NCBI GenBank assembly: GCA_963702435.1
Contig: CAVPCR010000001.1
Coordinates: 1,216,001-1,280,000, forward strand
Direction: 5' to 3'
Source: Candidatus Eiseniibacteriota bacterium
GTDB lineage: Bacteria; Eisenbacteria; RBG-16-71-46; CAVPCR01
DNA length: 64,000 bases
Each line of letters starts with the position of its first letter. The stretch's first letter is position 1. Below the pieces are notes generated by a model, which had not been told where the DNA came from, did no database searches, and saw nothing but the letters and a program-made list of their open reading frames with translations. Shown here in pieces: positions 20,801 to 28,206 of this stretch. The translations under genes were made by a program, and so were the position numbers.

Positions 20801-20802
20801 AG
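14866..20802 (+). CDS. Very large outer-membrane protein: Ig/invasin (Big_1), DUF11, SdrD-B, degenerate OmpA-like domain, Ig repeats, C-terminal beta-barrel
   Basis: ATGA overlap with the upstream gene; signal peptide; RSTVVVTPAVVLADG..VTVTLRN (Big_1); GEIVTYSAILRN..GFKYVPGSA..YRNSAVA (DUF11); GTIVGKIFEDRNRDG (SdrD-B); FAPGTADLTPEARAAL..ILIAAHAD (OmpA-like); long amphipathic strand region ending GWFFRVQGKY. Confidence 0.8.
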   Translation: MRPTLSHIAAVHVQPQHPGRRLVAAALFVLFLAWSPLAARGQIIENEAAGAANGVPLLGAGARVSLNRIVVPGVAAVAEVSPNTVSPGSQGQGFVLDVWPEIGPADPAVDTLLVTIPPGYSLLRIDGVEVTASPLTLDCAGRGATSYCAAVAGPEATIVLGSPLTTPSGIRIRLSADTPLTVGRGDFTVAVAAAGGRTPATPGNADGDPTDANSLSVRVVDDVDQVRSTVVVTPAVVLADGLAAGAVTVTLRNNMDQPLAGKTVTLSSARGDADILTQPIAPTNSEGVTTGEVRSTVPGLAPIFAADLTDSVTITQPGAVTFTQGLVLALELVASRREVTTGEIVTYSAILRNATSDSVTTVRVENTGPVGFKYVPGSARLRGAPVADPAGDRTLDFAVGTVPAWVDANLNGRADVGESGVVVLSYQMVAGSGATPGDYRNSAVARDACATCILSNVDEAVVHVGVDEFFSLGTIVGKIFEDRNRDGRQQREEAGMAGTRVVLDDGTSALTDSRGLYHFPAVRAGDRLVKIDLASQAGLAAATTDEARIVSVTPGLLARANFGVVVESDTVRVGRPAVRGLQITAQPSYEPVKVLGTIEGPRVLVNGEPLPLPLSEVNTARAAGSDVVELSGDRLARPITFRLEADSAAAVVGWRLVICDALGDTVRVVRGEGRPADVTWDGVRDDGERIHGGEIYRYRLEVEYAQGMRAASPVRTLGINGRSIPAVRLGQSAFAPGTADLTPEARAALKNLAGLLRRYPEERILIAAHADSTRLAPDVRSMWQQRAAAAATHLAAEELIDENRLLPAAGAVDVQTASPDAGGQQAIACWVSVSGEKPHDIKARVLDQHRSTPELAINERTVPVDPDGRFLTQVEDNESNELSVRLRGTHGDEVERSVPLPRLEILEPAGNVRLPYGTAAGGFRIPEQAALEQTQFRLVAATATDAADGVAATCMLVGRTDPPNAVELGRQSLPVEPDGTFRAQLDLRLGDNFFALLVRNPAGVTRIASLALQVSATDQEGQFVVALDLVPELTVYLPRPDAVVTSSQLPISGRTDPENAVTINGEPVPVGADGRFATSVPLSRGRNLLRVQAIDPAGRVATVEREFEQGPPPLFLLALADGVVGQLSSSGYLDPASDLADDGFYADGRLAYYLRGTVAGKYLVTSALDVSRDNMDRILLDVDAEGNDRLFTNLDPDRLYPVYGDSSTVLYDAQSQGRFYLAVDSEDFKATVGNYPLSLGDTELSTFQRTLYGGRVQYQSVSHTRYGEPRTVAVALAADARQVHVQDVLRGTGGSIYYLSHDDVIEGSEQVTLVVRDADTGLLRARLPRQRDVDYAVKYREGRILFHRPISSVIDEESLVHGEVLSGHPVFVEVNYETRAGFLDNATAGGRVRQSLGDHLQVGGTFVQDQAVAGEYQLQGTDVQVRLGENTRLTGELAASRGFGAETFKSDDGGLSFLETTAYDAQEGQAWKAAAEVDVGEWLWVPNRALLRGYVRRIEEGFTSDLTVQDQGSRQHGVSGTLDLLRAGRFAVRYEREETGDSLAAGRATSDLGSVQWVRQAGRWGLATEFQTRGRSFDSDAGLDRSSYGSAAGWMMLGSRVTGRLERQQTLAGVANDQTRLGVKVRAWRGLGFETQAATGTQGSSLLTGATLAVGGSSIYVSQRIEDRAGGRATTVVGTQAPFGSSGRAYTEYQWEQGPEGDRRVSLTGIQRQWEQGPGVNLYLAGERGNVENPNGSTRRTSLSAGIAYAETPGLKSTTRGEVRVESGAADRLQLFLSERLEKRLNQSFVALGSYRYSRTQDRRLDRAEAYFKELSVGVAYRPLMSDAIDGLARYTRLHDFRPADQNTIAQEVYAMDVFSGEATVDIGSGVAWSGKGAGRITRQGPDDDSLTRTRSFLVINRVDYAFRPPLSVAAEYRVLGEVDFHTQRRGWLNELTWTAAKHFRLGAGYNFTDFSDNEFARDDYSLRGWFFRVQGKY

Positions 20803-20806
20803 AGCC

Positions 20807-22267
20807 ATGAAGCTACACGCGCTGGACAAGAAGCACAGCCGGCGGAAACCGGCGGCTGGGGCGCCGGTGGTGGCGCTAGCGGTGGCGCCGGCGCCCTCGC
20901 CGGCTGGCGACTCGGAGCTCCCGGTTGCTCCCGGGCGGCGGGCGCTCCGCATCGCGCTGGAAGCGCTGCTCTCGATTGGCGTGGCGCTTGCCTTCTTCTC
21001 GGTCTTCCTGGCCGCGCTCAATGTCATCTTCCCGTCGAGCCTGGGAATCGGTGCGGCCACTCCCGGCGCCTTCTTGAGTGCACTCAGAAGGGAGCTCGCC
21101 GGAAACGGCGACGCCGGATCTTCCGCGAACGCTCATCCCCCCGTGCTCGATGGTGTCCTCACCGTGCTCAGCCACGAGGTGAAGACACGGCCGGCCGGTG
21201 CGATCGCCTGGACCGGGGCGCGGTCCAATGCGCGGCTCGGCGTCGGGGATGCGGTGCACACCCTGTCCGCGGGGACGGCGCTCCTCGCCTTCGATGCAAG
21301 CGGCCGCTTCCAGCTCGGCCGCAACACGCTGATGGTCGTCCGCGGCCCCGAGGACGCTGGTGACATCCAGGGCCCCATCCTGCTCGTCCTCGAGGGCGAG
21401 CTGTTCGGAGACGTGGGGGCGATGGCCGGCGGGAAGCAGGTGGCGCACGCCGCCGGCCTCGGTGCGCCCGCGAGCGCCGGCGCGCCGCCGGCGGCGCAGG
21501 AGCCGCTGCCGGTCCGCATCGCCACCCCCGCGGGGACCGTGGCGATCGCGCCCTCCACCGCGGCGAACACCCAGTTCCGGGTGGTGGTTCGCCCCGACAG
21601 GAGCGCGGTCGTGTCCACCTACAAGGGTGCGGTCGCGGTCGACGTCGGCGGCCGCACCGTGCAAGTGGGCCCCAATCAGTTCGTGACCCTGGACGCGAAC
21701 ACCACGCTCTCCGCGCCCCGGAGGCTGCCGGAGCCGCCGGCGCTCGCCGCGCCACGAGCCGGCGCCCTCTTCCATTACCGGACCTTCCCGCCGCAGGTCG
21801 AGTTCAAGTGGCATCGGCAGCCGGCCGCGGAGGCGTACCGGATCGTCGTGGCCAGCGACCGCGAGTTCCAATCCGTCGTCTGGGATCAGCAGGTGGCGAC
21901 GACAGATCTCACGCACGGAAACTTGAAGGCCGGCACCTACTACTGGCACGTGTCCACGATAGCGAGCGGGGCGGAGAGCGCACCGTCTCCCCCCTTGTCG
22001 ATGCAGGTGACGCAGAGCGATGCGCCGCCTCCCCTGCAAGTGGACTTTCCGACTGAAACGGTTCATGCGACGTCGTGCACGATCACCGGCACGGCTTCGC
22101 CGGGGACCCGGATCTTCGTCGCCGGACAGGCGGCGTCCGTTGATGGCAAGGGCCGCTTCGCGTGCCGAGTCGAACTCCAGCGGGGCTTCAACGTGCTGGT
22201 GGTCGAGGCCCTGGACCAGGCGGGCAACGTGACCTACAGCTCCAAGATGGTGGAGGCGAGCTACTAG
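20807..22267 (+). CDS. FecR-domain membrane protein with C-terminal FN3/Ig domains
   Basis: One TM segment; WTGARSNARLGVGDAVHT...LGRNTLMVV and IATPAGTVAI..TQFRVVV..VSTYKGAVAV FecR motifs; FN3-like FKWH..YRIVVA..GTYYWHVS; Ig tail GRF..RVELQRGFNVLVVEALDQAGN. Confidence 0.75.
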   Translation: MKLHALDKKHSRRKPAAGAPVVALAVAPAPSPAGDSELPVAPGRRALRIALEALLSIGVALAFFSVFLAALNVIFPSSLGIGAATPGAFLSALRRELAGNGDAGSSANAHPPVLDGVLTVLSHEVKTRPAGAIAWTGARSNARLGVGDAVHTLSAGTALLAFDASGRFQLGRNTLMVVRGPEDAGDIQGPILLVLEGELFGDVGAMAGGKQVAHAAGLGAPASAGAPPAAQEPLPVRIATPAGTVAIAPSTAANTQFRVVVRPDRSAVVSTYKGAVAVDVGGRTVQVGPNQFVTLDANTTLSAPRRLPEPPALAAPRAGALFHYRTFPPQVEFKWHRQPAAEAYRIVVASDREFQSVVWDQQVATTDLTHGNLKAGTYYWHVSTIASGAESAPSPPLSMQVTQSDAPPPLQVDFPTETVHATSCTITGTASPGTRIFVAGQAASVDGKGRFACRVELQRGFNVLVVEALDQAGNVTYSSKMVEASY

Positions 22268-22277
22268 CCGGAGGCCG

Positions 22278-24119
22278 ATGAACATGCGGCGTTCACTGCG
22301 GATTCCGATCCGCTACAAGATCCTGGTCGCCCTTCTGCTGGTGGTCACCGCCGTGGTGAGCGCGATCACCTTCACGATGGCGCACCTGTTCCACGTCGAC
22401 AAGAAGATCTACGTCTCGGACCTGACCTCGGTGCTCGCCGTTCACGCCGCCGACGAGGCGAGCGCGATCCTGAAGGGCTACCGCGAGCGGCTGGAGACCA
22501 TCACCCGGATCCTCGAGGACCCCGCGATCAGCGCCGCGCGCCGGACCGAGCTGGTCAGGAACGTGATCCGGAACTACGGCGGCATGATCGCGGTCACGTT
22601 CTACGAAGGCGGGCGGGAAGTGGGCACCCTCTACGACGGCGAGGCGCTGGCCCAGGCCGGGATCTCCCCCCAGGCGATGGACGAGTACCGCCGGGCCCAC
22701 CCCCTCGCCGCCGATGCGCTGGCCGGCGGGCGCCTGTATGTCGCCAATTCAACCCTCTCGGAACGACTGCCGGCCTTGACTCTTGGCCTGTCGAGCCCGC
22801 GCGCGGCGGGCCGCGACCCGATCGTCGTCGTCGCCACAGTCCGGCTGGAAGAGCTCTTGCGGGTGAGCCGCCGCTCCACGGCCATCGACGTGTTCTTCGT
22901 CGATGGCGGGGGCAGCGTGCTCAGCCACAAGGACCTCAAGCAGGTGGCGGAGCACCGGCGTGTCACTGGATTGCCGGCCCTGAGCGCGATGAGCCGGGCC
23001 ATGGTCTGGGAGTACGAGCGGGAGGGCGTGGATCGGATCGGCGGTTTCGCCCGCATCGGCAACACCGACCTCCTGGCCGTCGCCGAGGTGCCCAAGGCAG
23101 CGGCCTACTTCGCCTCGCGGGAGCTCTTGCGAGAGCTGATGGCCGTTGCCCTCGCCCTGCTCATGATCGCCGCTCTCGTCGGCATGCTGTGGTCGCACCA
23201 GCTGACAGACTCGATCACGCGCCTCGTGCACGCCAGCCGGGTCATCGGCAAGGGTGATTTCAATGTCCGCGTCCAGATCAGATCGCAAGACGAGATTGGC
23301 ACGCTGGCCGAGTCGTTCAACCAGATGGCGACCGAGCTGTATGACCGCGAGCGGGCGCTCAAGGAGGCGCAGGCGCAGCTCATCCAGTCGGAAAAGCTCG
23401 CCGCCTTCGGCCAGCTGGGGGCAGGCGTGGCGCACGAGATCAAGAATCCGCTGGCCGGCATCCTCGGTGTTGTCCAGCTCATGCGCCGCGAGACGAAGCA
23501 GGCCGACTCGCTGGGCGAAGGTCTGGCGATGATCGAGAAGGAAACCAGGCGCTGCAAGGAGATCCTGGACAATCTCCTCCGCTTCGCGCGCCAGGAGAAA
23601 GTCTCGTTCGCCCCGGTCGAGGTCTCGTCCGTGATCAAGGATGCCGTGGCGATTATGAGCCACCAGCTCAGCTTGCATCAGGTGAAGCTCGAAGCAGATG
23701 TCGCTCCGGCGCTCGCGCCCTTCTTCGGCAACGCAAACCAGATCCAGCAGGTGCTCATGAACCTCATCCTGAACGCCGAGCAGGCCATGGCCGGCCGCGG
23801 GGGCCAGGTACAGGTCGGAGCACGAGCCGTGAACGGCCGGATCGAGATTCGCGTCGCCGACAGCGGTCCCGGGATAGCCAAGGAACTCCAGCACCGCATT
23901 TTCGAGCCGTTCTTCAGCACCAAGGAGACGGGAAAGGGGACCGGCCTCGGTCTCTCGGTCTCCTACGGAATCGTGCAGGAGCACAAGGGCACGATCGCGG
24001 TGGAGAGCGAGCCGGGCGCCGGCGCGACCTTCATCATCTGCCTGCCGATCATGGACACCGCCGCTGCCGATGGCGAGGGCGAGGGTGCGGCGGCCGTGCC
24101 GCTCGCGCCGGCGGCGTAG
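22278..24119 (+). CDS. Membrane sensor histidine kinase (Cache-like, HAMP, HisKA, HATPase)
   Basis: Two TM segments; [66 protein letters not shown]. Confidence 0.92.
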   Translation: MNMRRSLRIPIRYKILVALLLVVTAVVSAITFTMAHLFHVDKKIYVSDLTSVLAVHAADEASAILKGYRERLETITRILEDPAISAARRTELVRNVIRNYGGMIAVTFYEGGREVGTLYDGEALAQAGISPQAMDEYRRAHPLAADALAGGRLYVANSTLSERLPALTLGLSSPRAAGRDPIVVVATVRLEELLRVSRRSTAIDVFFVDGGGSVLSHKDLKQVAEHRRVTGLPALSAMSRAMVWEYEREGVDRIGGFARIGNTDLLAVAEVPKAAAYFASRELLRELMAVALALLMIAALVGMLWSHQLTDSITRLVHASRVIGKGDFNVRVQIRSQDEIGTLAESFNQMATELYDRERALKEAQAQLIQSEKLAAFGQLGAGVAHEIKNPLAGILGVVQLMRRETKQADSLGEGLAMIEKETRRCKEILDNLLRFARQEKVSFAPVEVSSVIKDAVAIMSHQLSLHQVKLEADVAPALAPFFGNANQIQQVLMNLILNAEQAMAGRGGQVQVGARAVNGRIEIRVADSGPGIAKELQHRIFEPFFSTKETGKGTGLGLSVSYGIVQEHKGTIAVESEPGAGATFIICLPIMDTAAADGEGEGAAAVPLAPAA

Positions 24120-24161
24120 AAACCGGTCAGGTAGACGATGCTCCTTTGCACCGAGCAGTTG

Positions 24162-24193
24162 AGGAGGGAGCCTCCGCGGAGGCTCCCTCCTTT
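24162..24193. terminator. Probable bidirectional intrinsic terminator between convergent genes
   Basis: Perfect 30-bp palindrome AGGAGGGAGCCTCCGCGGAGGCTCCCTCCT followed by a short T run. Confidence 0.6.
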
Positions 24194-24240
24194 GCGCTGC
24201 CCGGCGACCTCCGGGTTGATGCCGGGGGAATGTCGCGGAC

Positions 24241-25611
24241 TTACCGCGACGCTTCGCCCGTCATCTCCGCGAGAGTTTCGTGGAGATTGGCGGCGCTCAC
24301 CGCCAGCGCCTCCTCGTCTCCCACCTCGGCCGCGGTCCGGAGCGCGCCCAGCGCTCCGTCGATGCGACCCGCCTGCGGTGGCGCCAGACGGTCGCGAATC
24401 ACCCGGATTGACTCGAGATCGCTGCGGACAGCGCCGCGATCGTGAGCCGCACGATCGATCTGGAGCTGAAGGCTGAAGACCTCGATCAGGTCGAGATCGA
24501 TATCAGCACGCTCCTCGTAGCGGAGCTCGAAGTCGACGCCGGCGAAGGCGATGTCGACTGCGGCCTGGCGCACCTGCTTCCTGTTCCGAGCGTCGATCGC
24601 CTCGTCGAGCGCCTCGATCGCATCGTCCATCTCCGCGGACAGGAGCGGCGGGACTCCCGTCGCCGCGTAGTCCGCCCAGTCCTCTTCCATCTCCTCGAAC
24701 AGCGACTCGATCGCCCGCCAGCCACCCCGGCGGGCGAGACGGAACATGGTCTCCGCCGCATCGGAGAGATCGTCGAGGTCTTCCGGCACGTGCCCGCCTA
24801 TGAAGTCAGTCGGAACGGCGACCGCTAGCGCTTCGATGTTGAGCCCGGAGCCCGTCGAGAACTCACCGTATCCGGGCGCGAAAGTCTTGTCCTCGTAGGT
24901 TCCATCCATGTGGAGCTCGCTCACGATCAGCGCCCCGGGGATCGGCCCGCTCGGCCCTTCCACGGTCACATCGGTGTCAAGCGCGGTGACTTCTTCGAAC
25001 ACGATGGGGCACGCGTTCTCGGGACGCCAGACGTTGCCGATCTGCGGGTCGGCGGGCATGATCATCGCCACGGGACCATCCTCCCCCGCGAGCCATGTGC
25101 CCTCCGTGTCGACAACGACGCCGTCCTCGTAGTTGAACACGTCCTCGCCGAAGTACCAGACGTTCCCCTCGTCGTCCTGCCCATACCAGTCGAGTGCGAC
25201 TTCTTCGATTCGCCCGTCCACCCAGGCGACGTACTGGGAGATTATCGTCTCGACCGGTTCACCGTCGATGATGATCGTCTGGGTGCCGGGGAGCCGCGTG
25301 GTTTCCGATCGGAAGGACTCTCCATCCGCAAGGCCGAGCAGGACGGCGCGGTCGAGCTCGCCCACGGGGAACAGCGGATTGGAGGCTGCGGTGGGGTTGG
25401 TGAATGAGGGTTCGATGAGATCGACGCGCAAGCTGTCGGGCGCGGTTGGCAGGCCGTTGCACCCGTCACCGTCCGCCAGGGCCGGGTTCGGACCACCGCC
25501 GGGGGCGCCGAGCAGACTCGACTCGTCCCCGTAGTTCGTCGAGTTGTCGGCGCAGCCCGCGAGCGCGAGTGCCAGGAGAGTCAGGATCGCAATGCTGCCT
25601 CTGAACTTCAT
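24241..25611 (-). CDS. Hypothetical lipoprotein (acidic; beta-rich N-domain, helical C-domain)
   Basis: MKFRGSIAILTLLALALAGC lipobox; AAGGAG RBS; DWYGQDDEGNVWYFGED motif. Confidence 0.75.
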   Translation of the reverse strand: MKFRGSIAILTLLALALAGCADNSTNYGDESSLLGAPGGGPNPALADGDGCNGLPTAPDSLRVDLIEPSFTNPTAASNPLFPVGELDRAVLLGLADGESFRSETTRLPGTQTIIIDGEPVETIISQYVAWVDGRIEEVALDWYGQDDEGNVWYFGEDVFNYEDGVVVDTEGTWLAGEDGPVAMIMPADPQIGNVWRPENACPIVFEEVTALDTDVTVEGPSGPIPGALIVSELHMDGTYEDKTFAPGYGEFSTGSGLNIEALAVAVPTDFIGGHVPEDLDDLSDAAETMFRLARRGGWRAIESLFEEMEEDWADYAATGVPPLLSAEMDDAIEALDEAIDARNRKQVRQAAVDIAFAGVDFELRYEERADIDLDLIEVFSLQLQIDRAAHDRGAVRSDLESIRVIRDRLAPPQAGRIDGALGALRTAAEVGDEEALAVSAANLHETLAEMTGEASR

Positions 25612-25687
25612 GATCGTCTCCTTCCGTAAAGGGGTGAGCGGAGTTCCCACAGGAAGGAGCAGATGAGCCGGAGTTCTGTGACATGGT

Positions 25688-25721
25688 CCGGCTCGAACCG
25701 GCTCGAACCGGCTCGAACCGG
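25688..25721. repeat. 10-bp tandem repeat (CCGGCTCGAA) x3.4 in the lipoprotein upstream region
   Basis: Read directly from the sequence. Confidence 0.9.
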
Positions 25722-25969
25722 GGGGGCGGGCGCTGCCCAGGGGGTGACTGGCCGTGGAAAGGCGCCGGACGGGGGGGGGCGAGAGGCGCGTGAGAACGAC
25801 TGTGATAGGCTGCGCGATCCGGTGCCGGGGAACCGTCTGGTCGTCGCGCAGCGCGCGGGGGCCGAGACTGGGGACTCTGATCGCGGGCAGCGCGGCGTGA
25901 CGCCGAGTTCGGAGTGGCGAGACAGATCACGACGGCCTGCCCCAGCCGGGGCGGGGGGCGGCCACACCG

Positions 25970-26857
25970 ATGAGAACCGACATGGAGTACCTTGATCATT
26001 GCTGCGGCTTGCTCGAGGTAACTCATGGCAAGAAGAATCTCGCCCGTGCTGCGTGTGCCATTGCCGTTCTCTTCGCCCTGATCGCGACGCTGCTGGCGGG
26101 GGCCGCCGAATGGGATTCCGCCGTTCTCGATGCGGCTGCGGTCATTCTCGCGATCGTGGCCGTGGGTCTCTTCTACCTGGCACGGCGAGCCCCGAAGTCG
26201 CGGCGCGCCCGCGGCCTCATCGGAATCCCCAGGGAGGCCCGCGTCGGCGCATTCTCGCTCATCCCGGATGCAGCATCGGTGCGCTGCACGCTTCCTGCCG
26301 AAGCAGCCACGGGGGGTGGGTTTTCACCGCTCTCGGTCGCTACGGTGGATATGGTCTGCTTGGTGCCAGCGGCCGACTCCTTCTGCATCACCTCGATCGA
26401 GATCACCGGAAGCGGACTTGCGGGAGAGCGGCGTCCGGTCATGAAGGTGGAGTCCCATGTGCAGTGCGGCCGTCCGGGGATCTTCGAGACGAGCATGGGG
26501 CTGCACTACATGCTGGATGGGAAACTGCATGCGCTGTCGGGCGGCCTGGCCACCCTCTTCGAGGTCGTTCCGGATGTGCAGCAGATCCTGAAGCAGCTGT
26601 TTCCACATGCCGACATCTCCGGGAGAATCACCGTTCTGGTCAGCCGATCTTCACTGGGACAAGTCGGACGCAACACGGCCTTGTTCGGCATGGTAGGGGC
26701 TGCGGCGACGCTCGCCGGCGACGCCTCGCGAGTCGCGGCAGCCCGACGACTCGTCGAGGGCGACATGGTCTCGGCGGAAGGGCGGACGTTCACCGAGTTG
26801 CTCCATGAGCACGGATGGACCCTTGACGCACAGGTCCCAGGAGCCAGCGCCCTGTGA
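25970..26857 (+). CDS. Hypothetical membrane protein (two N-terminal TM helices)
   Basis: 295-aa ORF with two hydrophobic segments. The start is uncertain: the best RBS (GAGGT) precedes an out-of-frame ATG at 26025. Confidence 0.55.
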   Translation: MRTDMEYLDHCCGLLEVTHGKKNLARAACAIAVLFALIATLLAGAAEWDSAVLDAAAVILAIVAVGLFYLARRAPKSRRARGLIGIPREARVGAFSLIPDAASVRCTLPAEAATGGGFSPLSVATVDMVCLVPAADSFCITSIEITGSGLAGERRPVMKVESHVQCGRPGIFETSMGLHYMLDGKLHALSGGLATLFEVVPDVQQILKQLFPHADISGRITVLVSRSSLGQVGRNTALFGMVGAAATLAGDASRVAAARRLVEGDMVSAEGRTFTELLHEHGWTLDAQVPGASAL

Positions 26858-27153
26858 CCTTGGCTCCTTTCCGTCGTGCCGAGCCGGGGGCGTGGGCGGG
26901 ACGGGGAGGGCGACTGCTCTACATGCACATCAAGCGGGATCCGGCGAAGTCGTACTGGGAAGGCGAGTGGGTGTTCCCGCCGACCGTCACGACAATCTCG
27001 ATCGGTCTGCCCGGCGCGAAGGAAGGCCCGTCGCCCGAGTCGCGCGGCGCGAGGAGGGGAGAGCATCCGCCGATCCCGGGCTCCTGAGCTCGAGCGGGCC
27101 ATCGCGCAGCTTGAGAGCCTGACAACCGCGACCGGAGAACCAAGAGCTTGACC

Positions 27154-27738
27154 ATGAGCGATCGACCCTGGTGGATGACCGCGCTCCAGTGGGGACTCTG
27201 GGCCGCCGTCATGTCCCTGGTCATGGGCTGGCTGGGCCGGAGCCGGTTCCGGACCCGACCGGTGTCGGCTGCGCGACGGCTCGCTCACCCGCCGAGCACC
27301 TTGATCCTGGGCCTCGCCGGCTCCGGATTCTTCGCCGGCATCGCGGTCCTGTCGAACGTCTTCGCCAACCGGACCACCACATGGTGGACCACCGCGATCT
27401 TCGTGGGGTTCGCGCTCCTGTCCGCGCCCCTCGTTGTCGATTACTTCGCAGCCAGGCACGAGGTATCGGAAGAGGGGCTCTCCTACCGGAAGCTGGCCGG
27501 CACGCGGAAGTGCCTGCGCTGGCGCGAGCTGCGCGATGTGCGTTATGCGCCGGTGATGAAGTGGTTCCGGCTCGAGACAGAGGCCGGTGACGTGGCGCGC
27601 ATCTCGGTCATGCTGATGGGATTGCCGGAGTTCGCCCGCCTGCTGCTCGAGCATGCGCCGGCTGGCGCCATCGAACCGGGGACTCTTGACATCCTGCGAG
27701 CCACGGCGGAGGGGGCTCCGCCGTCGGTGTGGAGCTGA
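27154..27738 (+). CDS. Membrane protein with bacterial PH-like C-terminal domain
   Basis: Three TM segments followed by HEVSEEGLSYRKLAGTRKCLRWRELRDVRY. Confidence 0.65.
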   Translation: MSDRPWWMTALQWGLWAAVMSLVMGWLGRSRFRTRPVSAARRLAHPPSTLILGLAGSGFFAGIAVLSNVFANRTTTWWTTAIFVGFALLSAPLVVDYFAARHEVSEEGLSYRKLAGTRKCLRWRELRDVRYAPVMKWFRLETEAGDVARISVMLMGLPEFARLLLEHAPAGAIEPGTLDILRATAEGAPPSVWS

Positions 27739-28206
27739 GGTCCCGCGAAAGTGAAGCCCCGGGGATCCGGGCCAAGGCGCCTCGTGCCAGGCGACTTCCG
27801 ATTCGCAACCCAGGCATTTCGCGCTGTCGATTCGCTCCCGAATCCTCTTTTCGAGCTTCTTCGTGTCATCTTCGATCCCGGTTTCGTCGAGTCTCTCCGG
27901 CGAGATCCGCACTTCGGATATCGGCCCGAAAATGCGCGGTGCGCAAACAAGGACAAGACCGAGGAGCCGCTTTATCCAGTCACCTCCGTGCTCCGCCGTC
28001 GAACGACACGGACTATCCGCGATGACGACGAGTCGGTTGGATAACGTCATCTTCCCGTGATGGAACACGGGGAATCGCCATGAGCGACAAAGCAATGGAA
28101 CAGACGGCCAAGACTACGGGTGGATCCTACAACGGGTTCCAGATCACGCGTGAGCACCCCTCCGCGCCCGGCGGACGAGCGCGCGCGGAGTCGATGGCTC
28201 CGGCCG

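Noticed and set aside
26854..28100. Short ORFs at 26854-27087 and in 27740-28100
   Set aside because: Possibly gene remnants, but no recognisable family or convincing start.
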